Positions 42,086-51,890 of a stretch of 64,000 nucleotides of DNA are shown piece by piece. Positions within the stretch are counted from its first letter, which is position 1, and each line of letters opens with the position of its first letter. The position numbers were made by a program, and so were the translations under genes. Source of the DNA: Spirochaetia bacterium (GTDB lineage: Bacteria > Spirochaetota > Spirochaetia > SZUA-6 > Bin103); NCBI GenBank assembly GCA_965203905.1, contig CBDBDQ010000005.1, forward strand, positions 1,088,001 to 1,152,000, given 5' to 3'. The notes beneath the pieces are model-generated. The model ran no database searches. It was not told where the DNA came from and saw only the letters and a program-made list of their open reading frames with translations.

Positions 42086-42924
42086 CCGTACGCGTCTGCA
42101 TCGTTACCGGGTTCGGAATCAATACCGAACGCGAGATGGCCCTGGCGTTCGAGCTGGCCGGGGCGCGTGCCGTCTGTCTCCACGTCAACGACCTGATCGC
42201 CGCTCCGGAGCGCCTCGCCGAATTCGGGATCTTCGTGCTGCCGGGCGGCTTCTCCTTCGGCGACCACATCGGCTCCGGAGCCATGCTGGCGGCGCTCATG
42301 GCGCGCACCCTGCGTGAGCCACTGGCGGCGTTCATCGATCGCGGCGGCCTGGTGCTCGGCGTGTGCAACGGTTTTCAGGTGCTGGCACGCATGGGACTGG
42401 TGCCCGGCGTCGACGGCTGGGCACAGTCCGTGGCCCTGGTGCACAACGACTCCGGCCGCTTCGAGGATCGCTGGGTCGACGTGCGGTTCGACCCGGCCTC
42501 GCCGTGCCTGTGGACTCGGGGGATCGAGCGGCTGGCGCTCCCCGTGCGGCATGGCGAAGGCAAGCTGGTCGCCCCTGCCGACCTCCTGCAGCGAGTCGAC
42601 GCCGCCCACCTCGGGGCCGCCCGCTACACCACGCCGGCAGGCCAGGCCGATTCCGGCTCGGCAACGGTCCCCTATCCCGCCAACCCCAACGGCTCGCTGC
42701 GCAACCTGGCGGGACTGTGCGATCCGAGCGGCCAGGTGTTCGGCCTCATGCCGCACCCCGAAGCGTTCCTGCACCGGCACCATCACCCCACCTGGCGCGG
42801 CGCGCCGCCGGAGCAGCTTACGGCCATGGACGACGGCGCCCTGCAGCTATTCCGCAACGCCGTGAACCATGCCACCAGGCGGCAGCTCGTCAATCCGCTC
42901 GCCCTCAATGCAGAGAGACTTTGA
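42082..42924 (+). CDS. purQ: FGAM synthase glutaminase subunit
   Basis: PGGFSFGD, GVCNGFQ, HGEG, NPNGS and MPHPE. Start overlaps the purL stop (ATGA). Confidence 0.95.
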   Translation: MTVRVCIVTGFGINTEREMALAFELAGARAVCLHVNDLIAAPERLAEFGIFVLPGGFSFGDHIGSGAMLAALMARTLREPLAAFIDRGGLVLGVCNGFQVLARMGLVPGVDGWAQSVALVHNDSGRFEDRWVDVRFDPASPCLWTRGIERLALPVRHGEGKLVAPADLLQRVDAAHLGAARYTTPAGQADSGSATVPYPANPNGSLRNLAGLCDPSGQVFGLMPHPEAFLHRHHHPTWRGAPPEQLTAMDDGALQLFRNAVNHATRRQLVNPLALNAERL

Positions 42925-43153
42925 GCACCGGTATCCGAGCAGTGTCTTATCTACGTCCTCTGGCATGCCGCGGAGAGCCTGGAGCATCGCGCGCAGATCC
43001 TCTCTCAGCCGCGCGACGGCTTCGGCGCGGGATCGAGTCCACACTCACCGAGCACAAGCGGATACGCAGCCGCTCCTGATCCCCGAGGTAGACATCGGGC
43101 ACTCTGCCGGTCCCCACGGATTCTCTCGCGTTCATTGGGTCCCTCCCTATGGC

Positions 43154-43660
43154 CTATGGCAGGGAATGTGCCGTCGTGTGGGTCACCGTCAGAAACTCCA
43201 GCCCGGCGGAGGTTGAGGAGCCGGCGAGGTCGTCCACCAGCAGGTAGCGTGCCTCGGTCCCGGTGTCGAGCAGGGCGCAGAGACTGGCTGCCGGGTCACC
43301 GGCCCAGACCACGCGGATCTCTTCCAACTCTTCCAGCTCTTCCAGCACCACGGCCCACTCGTCAACTGGCCCCGTGGAAGAGCGGCCATAGCGTACCAGG
43401 CGCTCGTAGAAGACATGGCCGCAGAGGTCATGCAGGTCGTACCCACGCTGCTCGCCAGCGAACGGGACCGCCGCCGGTGATGGGCCGCACCATTCTGGCG
43501 GGGTTGATCCGAGGCACGTTGACGGTGACGCCAGCCAGTGCAACCCATCCGGCGTTGCGAGCAGCGCACTGTGATGCGGCATGGCCGTCGCGCGCTCCTG
43601 GGCGCAAACCGTGGCGACGGCGGAAGAGATCGCTAGCGCGAGAAGGATGATCGTTTTCAT
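43154..43660 (-). CDS. Hypothetical secreted protein
   Basis: GGAGG RBS and signal peptide MKTIILLALAISSAVATVCA. Confidence 0.55.
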   Translation of the reverse strand: MKTIILLALAISSAVATVCAQERATAMPHHSALLATPDGLHWLASPSTCLGSTPPEWCGPSPAAVPFAGEQRGYDLHDLCGHVFYERLVRYGRSSTGPVDEWAVVLEELEELEEIRVVWAGDPAASLCALLDTGTEARYLLVDDLAGSSTSAGLEFLTVTHTTAHSLP

Positions 43661-43836
43661 TCCACACCTCCACGATTGGGGGTTATCGGCCAGTTTAGAG
43701 CATCGCGCTACTTCGGTCATCGATTCACCGCCGAACCGCCGAACCCGCCGAACTACGGCGACCGGGGACCATCGCTCCCCTCGGGCCCTCACGTCGAGGG
43801 GATACTCTCCATCCCGTACGCAGGCGCTCGTGCTGG

Positions 43837-44040
43837 TCAGAACCGGTAGACGAGCGGCTGGTCGGCGGCGAGAGCCGGGTGGAAGAGAAGCAGGACGGTG
43901 CCGGAGTCCTGGCCGTAGGCTGCCCGGTAGCGCTCCCTGATCGGCGCGAGATCGAAGCGGAGCTGCCTGGTCGGATAGGCCTTCGCAGGGGTTGGCGTCA
44001 TGGGTGAGCACCACAGGCAGTTGGACGGGGGAAGACTCCT
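43837..44040 (-). pseudogene. 3' remnant of a gene, frameshifted
   Basis: Reads ESSPVQLPVVLTHDANPCE/AYPTRQLRFDLAPIRERYRAAYGQDSGTVLLL...VYRF* with a 1-nt shift. High GC3 and no 5' part. Confidence 0.5.
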
Positions 44041-44134
44041 ATCCCACGCTGCGCGACAAGCCGGCTACCGATCGTTGCTCCCGCTGCCCTCGGACCGACA
44101 CCCGACCGCCCAACTCGCACCCGGCGCGCGCCGA

Positions 44135-45748
44135 TCACGTTGCCCCGCCTGGCGGCGATCCGTACTCCCGATGCCGGAAGCGGTGGTGGGCAGAACAATG
44201 TAGCCTCAAGTTCCCGGGCTCCGCACCGCCGCCGAGGGCGAAGGGAACGATGTGGTCGAGCTCCAGCAGGAAGCGGGAGCCGCAGCGCCGCCCGCTGTGC
44301 GGATCGACGTAACTGCAGCAGCCGCCGTCGCGCTGCCACACCTCGCGCCGCACGGGTGCCGGAATGTAGCGGGATCGGCGCGCCCGGTGGGGCGGCTGCG
44401 CGCTGCCTCCGGACGGGCCGGCTGCCGCCGCCTGCTGCCGCGAACGGCCATCGAGCTGCGCTCCTGCCGGCTTTGCCGCCCCTGCCCGCTGCGCCGCCCC
44501 TGCCCGCTTCGCTGGCGAAGGAGCGTGGCGACCGCGATCCACCGCTGCCGTCGCGGTCGGCCTGCTCTGGTCTGCCGGCGGCGTCGGTACGGTGGCGTGG
44601 GACCCACGATCGGCCACCGACTTCGGCGCCGAAGTAGTGGTGCCGGGCGCCGCCGCCGCTGGCTTGGCACTCACCACGGTGCCGCCGCCGCAAGTCTCGC
44701 GCCCCGCCGGCGGCGCGGACAGCGCCGCCACCGCCGAGGTGCCGGCGCCGCCAATCCCGCGCGCGGGTTCCGCTGCGGTCAGCGCTGCCGGCGCCGGGGT
44801 GCTGCCACCGGCGCTCGTGCCCTCCGGCGTCGGCGGCACTCCGGGTTGTTCCTGCGCGCCCCGCTTCGCCAGCGAAGTCGCCCCGCCTGCCGGCCCTTCC
44901 TGTTCCTTCGGCTCCGGCGCCTGGCCCGCGCTTGCCTCCCGGCGCCCACCTCTGCGTCCGCGCGGCGGCCGCCCCGGGTCGTAGCGCTGCAGGCCGTCCT
45001 GCACCAGCCGCTCCACCAGTTGCCCCAGCGTCAGGTGCGGGTCCACGTGCGACAGCAGTGCCCGTAACTGCTCGATCCCGCGCTGACAGGCAGAGTCGAT
45101 CTCCACCTTCAACTCCCAGCGGTCCTCGCCCAGCGCCCGCATGCGATCCGCCGGCCGGGCCAGCTCGGGAGCCACCCCGGCCAACAACTGCTTCACCTCG
45201 CGGGTGCTTTTGCCGCTCGCCTGCGCCACCAGCTCCTGCCGCTGCGCCGCGTCCAGCGCCGGCACCGGTCCCGCCGCCGCCGCTGCCGCGGTCCCCGCAG
45301 CCCCCGCCTCCGGCGCCGGACCCGTGCCGCCCGGCAGCAGCTCCGCTGCCGCCGGTGCCGAGCCGGGGGCCGCGGCGGCGGTGGCCGTGCGCTGCAGGAG
45401 ATCGAAGGTGTTCTGCAACTGCGCCGCGGCGCTCAGGGAGAGCGAGCCGTCCTGCAGCCGCTCGCGTGACCCGGCGGTCTCGGAGCACAGGCGCATGGCC
45501 TTTATGCGGCGCCAGGCGGCGCCTTCGCTGTAGCCCAGCTCGCGCACGGCGTAGTCGAACAGGCTGGAGAACCCGAGGCGCAGGTGCAGGTGGCGCGCCT
45601 GGATCTCGCGCAGGTGGTCGAGGACGGCGAGCTGCAGCGCCTGCTCGTGCAGGACGAGGGACCTGGTATGCGCCAGCAGCACCTGGTCGGGGAGCCCGGA
45701 GAGGGAGGAGGAGAAGCCGGGAGCGGTCGCGGTGGCCACAGTAGCCAT
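44135..45748 (-). CDS. HNH endonuclease with DUF222-like N-terminal region
   Basis: C-terminal YIPAPVRREVWQRDGGCCSY...C...LELDHIVPFALGG...NLRLHCSAHH. N-terminal GFSSLFDY...LGYSEGAAWRRI. Long Ala/Pro/Gly linkers. Confidence 0.88.
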   Translation of the reverse strand: MATVATATAPGFSSSLSGLPDQVLLAHTRSLVLHEQALQLAVLDHLREIQARHLHLRLGFSSLFDYAVRELGYSEGAAWRRIKAMRLCSETAGSRERLQDGSLSLSAAAQLQNTFDLLQRTATAAAAPGSAPAAAELLPGGTGPAPEAGAAGTAAAAAAGPVPALDAAQRQELVAQASGKSTREVKQLLAGVAPELARPADRMRALGEDRWELKVEIDSACQRGIEQLRALLSHVDPHLTLGQLVERLVQDGLQRYDPGRPPRGRRGGRREASAGQAPEPKEQEGPAGGATSLAKRGAQEQPGVPPTPEGTSAGGSTPAPAALTAAEPARGIGGAGTSAVAALSAPPAGRETCGGGTVVSAKPAAAAPGTTTSAPKSVADRGSHATVPTPPADQSRPTATAAVDRGRHAPSPAKRAGAAQRAGAAKPAGAQLDGRSRQQAAAAGPSGGSAQPPHRARRSRYIPAPVRREVWQRDGGCCSYVDPHSGRRCGSRFLLELDHIVPFALGGGAEPGNLRLHCSAHHRFRHREYGSPPGGAT

Positions 45749-46219
45749 GGCGTAAATATAAGCATGGCTGAGAAATAACCGGTTTCGGTGAGTCCCGGAC
45801 CGGCCCTGGGAAAGGCTCAGGCCGGCGCTGGCGGGGTGCTGGCGGGCCTGGAGGGCGTGGGCGGATGTTCGAAGGGTCGGAGGGGCCGGAACGTGCGGCA
45901 GGAGGCCGTCACGAGCAGCGCCAAACCCGTCAAGTGCTCAGCGCGTTTTTTTGGCACTTTTTCGCAGAATCCTGCGAATCCTGCACCGCGGCGCCGACGT
46001 GGAAGCAACGCATCAACGCATCGGCGGAGACCGGCGTTGCGGGAGGCGGCAACCCGTTCATTTATGGACACCTCGTACAGCGAACGACCCCATGCATCTG
46101 AAGGAGGCGCCCTGGCAGGCTCCGGGGCAATCACCGCCGCTCGGCCACTACTGCCAGAACATCCCTTGCCCACACCGGATTCAGACGTCGTTCAGCATGG
46201 ATGGCTTTGGACGTTGTGA

Positions 46220-46577
46220 GGCCGGAGTCGCGTCAACCGGCGCTGCCGGCGTGGGGCAACTCCACCACCAGGTAATCAGCTTGATGCCGAAACGATCGAA
46301 CGCTCCTTCCATCACCAGGCTGGTGACGTTGGCCTGCGCCGCCTGGGCCGCACTAATGTGGTACAGGTCCTTGACGGAGTCGATCTCGTTGTGCAGGTCG
46401 CAGTCGATGATCGCGGGTCGCGCCGGCGCGGCTGCCTCGGCGACGGCTACACGCCGGCCCATCGATCGGCACTGCGGTTGCGGTCTGGCTCATGCTCTCG
46501 CCTCCTCGCAGATGGTAACGGCTGCGCGTATCCTGACCGTTACCCTGCACTGAAACCGGCGCTGTGTACCAGCAGCG
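46220..46577 (-). pseudogene. Internally deleted copy of the amidohydrolase-Rieske module at 56045..57727
   Basis: Three colinear blocks: 46220-46274 = 56045-56099, 46275-46362 = 56876-56963, 46363-46493 ~ 57516-57660. The upstream motif is also shared. Confidence 0.92.
46546..46577 (-). promoter_or_regulatory. Conserved upstream motif shared with 57696..57727 (candidate extended -10 promoter)
   Basis: Minus strand CTGGTACACAGCGCCGGTTTC versus CTGGAACACTGCGCCGGTTTC. The DNA between motif and RBS is not conserved. Confidence 0.45.
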
Positions 46578-46767
46578 CAGGGCAGCCCTTGCGCAGCCGC
46601 TCGTCGCGAGCGCCGGGCACGGGTGTTGCCGGCCACGGCGGCGCCCCCATGGCGGACGTCCTTGGCAGGGTGCCACACATGGCATTGCCCGCCTCGACGG
46701 CGCCGGGCGACCCTACGGAACGGCGCGGCCGGGCCAGAGCGACGCCGACCGCCGCCGGCTTCGGACG

Positions 46768-47124
46768 CTACAGGTCCACGTAGATCCAGCCGTCGCGGAC
46801 CGCCGCCGGGTAGAGCTTGAGGCGCTGCTTGACCGGGAGCACCGGGCGGCCGGTGTCGAGGAAGAACTCCCAGTGGTGCCACGGGCAGCGCAGCACCTTG
46901 CGCGAGTGGTCCACCCGCAGCGGTTCGCCGGGCAGGGTGATCGGTGCGAAGCTCTCGAGTTGCCCGCGGCAGATCGGCGCGCCCTTGTGGGGGCAGTAGT
47001 CGAGCACCGCCCGCACCGCGGCGCCGCTGCGGTAGAGGCCGATCGACTTGCCCTGCACCTCGACCAGCGCCGGGGCGCCGTCGGAGGCGAGCCGATCCGC
47101 GCGCAGCACCCGGTGCCAGCTCAT
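46768..47124 (-). CDS. Small Rieske [2Fe-2S] ferredoxin
   Basis: CPHKGAPIC...CPWHHWEF. Start overlaps the upstream stop (ATGA). Confidence 0.92.
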   Translation of the reverse strand: MSWHRVLRADRLASDGAPALVEVQGKSIGLYRSGAAVRAVLDYCPHKGAPICRGQLESFAPITLPGEPLRVDHSRKVLRCPWHHWEFFLDTGRPVLPVKQRLKLYPAAVRDGWIYVDL

Positions 47125-48248
47125 GCCGAGGCGGCCGGTGCGGAGGCCTGTGCGGCGGCCGCCTCGGCGGCGCCTGACTCCTCCATCGTCTCCTCCAGGG
47201 CGAACAGCTCCATCGCATTGCGCCAGTAGATGCGCTCCAGCACCTCCGGCCCCAACTGCTTCGGCAGGCAGCCCGGTTCGTCGGCGTCGAAGTGCGGGTA
47301 GTCGCTGGCGAACAGCAGGGTGCGGGCGGCGTCGACCATCTCGTAGATCTGCACGAGCTGCCGCGCCTGCGGCGGTTCCTCGATCGGCTGCGTGGTCAGG
47401 CGCACGTGGTCGCGCACGTAGGCGCTGGGCAGCCGGCGCAGGAACGGAGCCTCGTGGCGCAGCGCCTGGTACTCCTTGTCCATGCGCCACATCACGTGCG
47501 GCAGCCAGGACACGCCTCCCTCCACCAGGATCACGCGCAGGCCGGGGAAGCGTTCGAACACCCCCTCCAGCACCAGGCTCACCAAGTCGGACATGTAGAA
47601 CTGCGGCAGGCAGGTGTGCGACTGCAGGTAGTTGGTGGCCATGCCGGTGGGCAGCGAGGCGGCGTTGGCGATCACCGAGGTGGTGGACGGGTGGATGTGC
47701 AGCGGCATCGCGGCGCGCTCGGCGGCGGCGAACAGCGGCCAGTAGAAGCGCTGGCCGAGCGGGATGCGGTGCGCGGTGGCGAAGATGCCCGCCGCCACCA
47801 CGCGCGGGTGGCCGCCGAGCCGTTCCACCTCCGCGGCCGCCTGCTGCGGGTCCTGCAGCGCCACGCAGGCGGTCATCAGGTAGCGGTCGTCCGCCGCCAG
47901 CCAGTAGGCGAGCGCGGCGTCGTTGGTGGCGCGGCACACGGCGGCGGCGTAGTCGGGGTCCGGGATGCCGGCCACGGCACCCGAGTTGTGCGACAGCACC
48001 GCGCGCGCGATGCCGCGCCGGTCCAGGTGGTCCTCCGCGGTCCAGGCTGGATCGGAGCCGCCGCGGCGGCCATCGGATGCGGTGGCGTCGGCACGCGAGC
48101 CGCCGTCCTCCCAGCGGATGCCGGGGAACAGCTTGCGATACCCGAAGCGCGCCACCTCGCTGCGGTAGGGCTCGTCCAGGTAATCGAGCACCACTTCCAT
48201 GGGGCTGGAGTTGTGTACGTCACAGTCGAATATCATCTGTCCCTTCAC
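47121..48248 (-). CDS. Amidohydrolase_2 family protein, probable dinuclear oxygenase
   Basis: DCDVH, HIHP, VEGG, TQPIEEP and SDYPHFD. Coupled to a Rieske gene. Confidence 0.85.
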   Translation of the reverse strand: MKGQMIFDCDVHNSSPMEVVLDYLDEPYRSEVARFGYRKLFPGIRWEDGGSRADATASDGRRGGSDPAWTAEDHLDRRGIARAVLSHNSGAVAGIPDPDYAAAVCRATNDAALAYWLAADDRYLMTACVALQDPQQAAAEVERLGGHPRVVAAGIFATAHRIPLGQRFYWPLFAAAERAAMPLHIHPSTTSVIANAASLPTGMATNYLQSHTCLPQFYMSDLVSLVLEGVFERFPGLRVILVEGGVSWLPHVMWRMDKEYQALRHEAPFLRRLPSAYVRDHVRLTTQPIEEPPQARQLVQIYEMVDAARTLLFASDYPHFDADEPGCLPKQLGPEVLERIYWRNAMELFALEETMEESGAAEAAAAQASAPAASA

Positions 48249-48490
48249 TGCCGAGGCGCCGCGCGGCGACCGGCGTTCGCGGCAGGAGACCGGCCGTGCG
48301 ACCGGCGGCCCCGGGCGCCAGGTCGGCGCACGGTGCGCAGCGTGCTGCGCCCCGCACGGAGCGGAGAGCGGTTACGCCCCCCGCTCCGCGGCACCCTCCT
48401 CCGTGCGGTCGTAGCGGCGCGTCTTACCGCCCCGCCGACCGTACGGAGTCCTGTCGGATCTGCCGCTGACGCGCCACTCCGCCAAGCGCC

Positions 48491-49972
48491 CTACAGCCCG
48501 CGCTCGCGCCGGTAGATTTCCGTCGCCTGCTCCTGCCAAGTCGCGCCGCCCTCCTGCAGCCAGCGGTCGACGAAGCGCCGGTACTCCGCTTCCAGGTCGC
48601 CCTCGGTCGCGATCAGGGTCGCCAGGGCCTCGTATTCGAGATCCGTCAGCGTCGTGCCCAGGTCGCGCTGGATCGGCGGGGTGGCGAAGATGAAGGCGTC
48701 CTCGATGGTGTTGTCCAGCCCCATCTGCAGCGCCGCCCGCGTCTGCGGGTTCATGGTCAGGGTCTCCGCGTCGCCGAGCATGCGGCGGTGCAGTCCCCAG
48801 TAGATAAAGCCCCCGGCGGTACGCTGCGTCGCCGAGTCGTTGTAGGGCTCCAGGTACTCGAACTTGCCGGCCTCCTTGTCGAGCCACCGGTAATAGGTAC
48901 CCTCGATGCCGAAGTAGAGGAGCTGGTTGCCGTCGTCGGTGTGGAAGTAATCCATCAGCTTCACTGCGGCCTCGGCCACCCCGGAGGTCGCATTCACGGA
49001 GGTGATCCCGGTGCCGTACATTGCCAGCGATCCGCCGTGGCCCTCCGGTCCCTTGATCAGGGCGAAGTCGAAGGTCGGGATCGGGTCCTCGGTGTAGCGC
49101 CCGATCCAGTTGTTGGTGGTGCCGACCGCGGTGAAGTCGAACGATCCGTAGATGCCGTTCCACAGCTTCTCGAACGTCGGCAGGGCGGTGAGGGTGGCGA
49201 AGTCCGGCTCCATCAATCCCTCGCGATAGAGCCGCCGGTAGTAGCGGATCGCGTCCAGGTAGTTCTCGTGCAGCAGGAACGAGGTGACCACCCCGTCCTG
49301 GTAGATCGGATAGAAGGCCGGAATGCCGAAGGCGGCGAAGATCGATCCCCAGCAGACCCGCTGTCTCAGGTAGAGGCCGAGGCCGATGGTGTCCTGCTGG
49401 CCGTCGCCGTCCGGGTCGTCGTAGGTCAGCGCCCGCAACACCTCGTACAGCGAGTCGAGATCGGTGGGCAGCTCCATCCCCAGGTTGTCGAGCCAGTCGG
49501 TGCGGAAGGCGAAGTTGTTGGGATACCAACCCGGCCGCGGAATGCCCCAGATCGTGCCCTCGGCGTTGATGCCGTTGCGGATCACGTGCCCCTTGTCGGC
49601 CAGGATGTTGGGGCCATGCTGCTCCAGCAGCTCGTCGAGCGCCAGCAGCAGGCCGTTGTCCCGGTACTTCTCCTGGTCGGCTACGGTGCCGACGCCGAAC
49701 ATGTCCGGCACCGTGCGCGACGCGATCATGCTGTTGAACTTGGTGATGTAGTCCTGGCCGGGCACGGCGATAACCTCGTACCTGATCCCGGTACGGGCCT
49801 CGATTTCCTGCAGCACCGGGTTGTCGTCGGCCGGCGTGGTGGCCACGGAGTGGATCGCCGTCACGACGGGAGTCACGTCCGCGGCCCCTTCGCCGGCTCC
49901 ACCGGCGCTCGCCCATGTCGCACCGAGCAGCAGCACGGCCGCCATGGTGATCACTGTCAGTCGTTGTTTCAC
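48491..49972 (-). CDS. Carbohydrate ABC transporter substrate-binding protein (LplA-like)
   Basis: GGGAGG RBS + GTG; signal peptide ending SAGGAGE; RTDWLDNLGMELPT, DPDGDGQQDTIG and FGIEGTYY. Confidence 0.9.
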   Translation of the reverse strand: MKQRLTVITMAAVLLLGATWASAGGAGEGAADVTPVVTAIHSVATTPADDNPVLQEIEARTGIRYEVIAVPGQDYITKFNSMIASRTVPDMFGVGTVADQEKYRDNGLLLALDELLEQHGPNILADKGHVIRNGINAEGTIWGIPRPGWYPNNFAFRTDWLDNLGMELPTDLDSLYEVLRALTYDDPDGDGQQDTIGLGLYLRQRVCWGSIFAAFGIPAFYPIYQDGVVTSFLLHENYLDAIRYYRRLYREGLMEPDFATLTALPTFEKLWNGIYGSFDFTAVGTTNNWIGRYTEDPIPTFDFALIKGPEGHGGSLAMYGTGITSVNATSGVAEAAVKLMDYFHTDDGNQLLYFGIEGTYYRWLDKEAGKFEYLEPYNDSATQRTAGGFIYWGLHRRMLGDAETLTMNPQTRAALQMGLDNTIEDAFIFATPPIQRDLGTTLTDLEYEALATLIATEGDLEAEYRRFVDRWLQEGGATWQEQATEIYRRERGL

Positions 49973-50049
49973 GTTCAACCTCCCTGATTGACGCGTTTCG
50001 GTCCAGTTCGAGAATCGTGTCCGGCGGGCGTCCCTGCCGGACCACGGTT

Positions 50050-50928
50050 TCAGCCCTTGATCGATCCGATCATCACCCCCTTGACGTAGTACTTCTGCAG
50101 CCACGGGTAGACCAGCAGCACCGGCACCATGGAGGCGCCGACCGTGGCCATCAGCATGGTCTGCTCGGTCATCCCCTCGGTCGCCGTAAAGTCGTCCAGG
50201 TTGTTCAACTGCGCCAGCGAGCTGCCCGACAGCATGGCACGCAGGAACACCTGCAGAATCTGCTTGCGCGACTGGTCGATGTAGAGCACCCCGTCGATGT
50301 AGTAGTTCCAGTGGAACACGCCGTAGAACATGGCCACCGCCGCGATCACCGGCATCGACACCGGGATGATGATGGAGAACAGCGTGCGCAGGGGCGTGGC
50401 GCCGTCGATGTTGGCCGATTCCTCCAGGCTGTCGGGGAGATGCTGGAAGTAGTTCCGCATGATGAACACGTTGTAGGGCGCCACCAGCACCGGCAGGATC
50501 AGCGCCCAGCGGGAGTTCAGCAGGCCGAGATTGGCGACCACCAGGTAGAGCGGTATCAGACCGCCCTGGAACAGCATCGGAATGAACACGCCCATGGTGA
50601 TGATGTTGCGTCCCTTGAGCCGGCGCCGCGACAACGGATAGGCGAGCATCGCGGTCACCACGATACCCAGGCTGGTGCCGACGCCGGTGCGGAAGACGGT
50701 GTTGCCGTAGGCGGTGAAGATGGCGCCGCTGCGGAACATCAGCCCATAGGCGGCGAAATTCAGTTCGCGCGGCCACAGGAACAGGCCTCCCGACATCGCC
50801 GGCTGCGAATCGGACAGCGAGTACATGATCACGTGCCAGAACGGATACAGCGTGATCACCATGATCACGAACAGCAGCGCGTAGACCACGATGCGGCCGA
50901 CCCGTTCGCCGCGGGCGAGGGCAATCAT
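50050..50928 (-). CDS. Carbohydrate ABC transporter permease (LplC/MalG-like)
   Basis: GGLIPLYL, EAA loop LEESANIDGA and QKYYVKGVMIGSIKG. Confidence 0.93.
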   Translation of the reverse strand: MIALARGERVGRIVVYALLFVIMVITLYPFWHVIMYSLSDSQPAMSGGLFLWPRELNFAAYGLMFRSGAIFTAYGNTVFRTGVGTSLGIVVTAMLAYPLSRRRLKGRNIITMGVFIPMLFQGGLIPLYLVVANLGLLNSRWALILPVLVAPYNVFIMRNYFQHLPDSLEESANIDGATPLRTLFSIIIPVSMPVIAAVAMFYGVFHWNYYIDGVLYIDQSRKQILQVFLRAMLSGSSLAQLNNLDDFTATEGMTEQTMLMATVGASMVPVLLVYPWLQKYYVKGVMIGSIKG

Positions 50929-50935
50929 GCGGCCC

Positions 50936-51889
50936 TCATATCAGCCCGCTCTCGCGGTCGATGCGCTTGGCCACCCAGTTGGCTCCCAGCACCATCACCA
51001 GACCGATCACCGACTTGAACAGGCCGGCCGCGGTCGCCAGCGAGAAGTTGCGATCGACCAGGCCGACCTTGTACACGTAGGTGTCGATGATCTCGGCCAC
51101 CTCGTAGACCAGCGGATTGTAGATGGCGAAGATCTGCTCGAAGCCCGCCTCCATCAGGTCGCCGACGCGCAGGATCAGCAGGATGATGATGGTCAGCCGC
51201 AACGACGGCAGGGTGATGGAGAAGAGCTGGCGCCAGCGCCCGGCGCCGTCGATGGTCGCCGCCTCGTACAGTTGCGGGTCGATGCTGGCGATCGCTGCCA
51301 GGTAGATGATGGTTCCCACGCCCCACTGACGCCAGACGTAGGTGGCGACGATGACGCCGCGGAAGTGCTCCTTGGAGGCCATCAGGTTGACGATGCGGCC
51401 GCGGTAGCCGAACCACTCCAGGGCCGCCTGCAGCACGCCGGAGTTGGGTGACAGGATGGCCAGCATCAGGCCGCCGATTATCACCCAGGAGATGAACGAG
51501 GGCAGCAGCACCGAGGTCTGCACCAGCTTCTTGTAGTGGCGGTGCGCCACTTCGTTGATCAGCAGCGAGAGGATGATCGGCGCGGGAAAGCCGAATATCA
51601 GCTTGGCGAAGCTGATGATGACGTTGTTGCGGAAGGCGCGCCAGAACCCGGGCAGGGAAAACAGCCGCTCGAACGCTTCCGTGCCCATCCACGGCGCGGC
51701 GCCGGTGAAGATGTTGTAGTCGCGGAAGGCGAAGCTGACGCCGTAGATCGGCCAGTACTTGAAGGTGAGGAAGTAGATGATGCCCGGCACCATCATGGCG
51801 TAGAACATCCAGTCGCGGCGCAGGTAGGACCAGATGCTGCGCCGGTTGAGCGGTACCGCCGTGTCGCTGCGGGTCAGGTTCGAGGCCAC
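50936..51889 (-). CDS. Carbohydrate ABC transporter permease (LplB/MalF-like)
   Basis: PSFISWV, EAA loop LYEAATIDGAGR and IIDTYVY. Start approximate. Confidence 0.93.
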   Translation of the reverse strand: MASNLTRSDTAVPLNRRSIWSYLRRDWMFYAMMVPGIIYFLTFKYWPIYGVSFAFRDYNIFTGAAPWMGTEAFERLFSLPGFWRAFRNNVIISFAKLIFGFPAPIILSLLINEVAHRHYKKLVQTSVLLPSFISWVIIGGLMLAILSPNSGVLQAALEWFGYRGRIVNLMASKEHFRGVIVATYVWRQWGVGTIIYLAAIASIDPQLYEAATIDGAGRWRQLFSITLPSLRLTIIILLILRVGDLMEAGFEQIFAIYNPLVYEVAEIIDTYVYKVGLVDRNFSLATAAGLFKSVIGLVMVLGANWVAKRIDRESGLI

Positions 51890-51890
51890 T

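Noticed and set aside
44135-45748. HNH gene as IscB/Cas9-like RNA-guided nuclease
   Set aside because: No PLMP or RuvC motifs. The HNH is C-terminal after a DUF222-like region.
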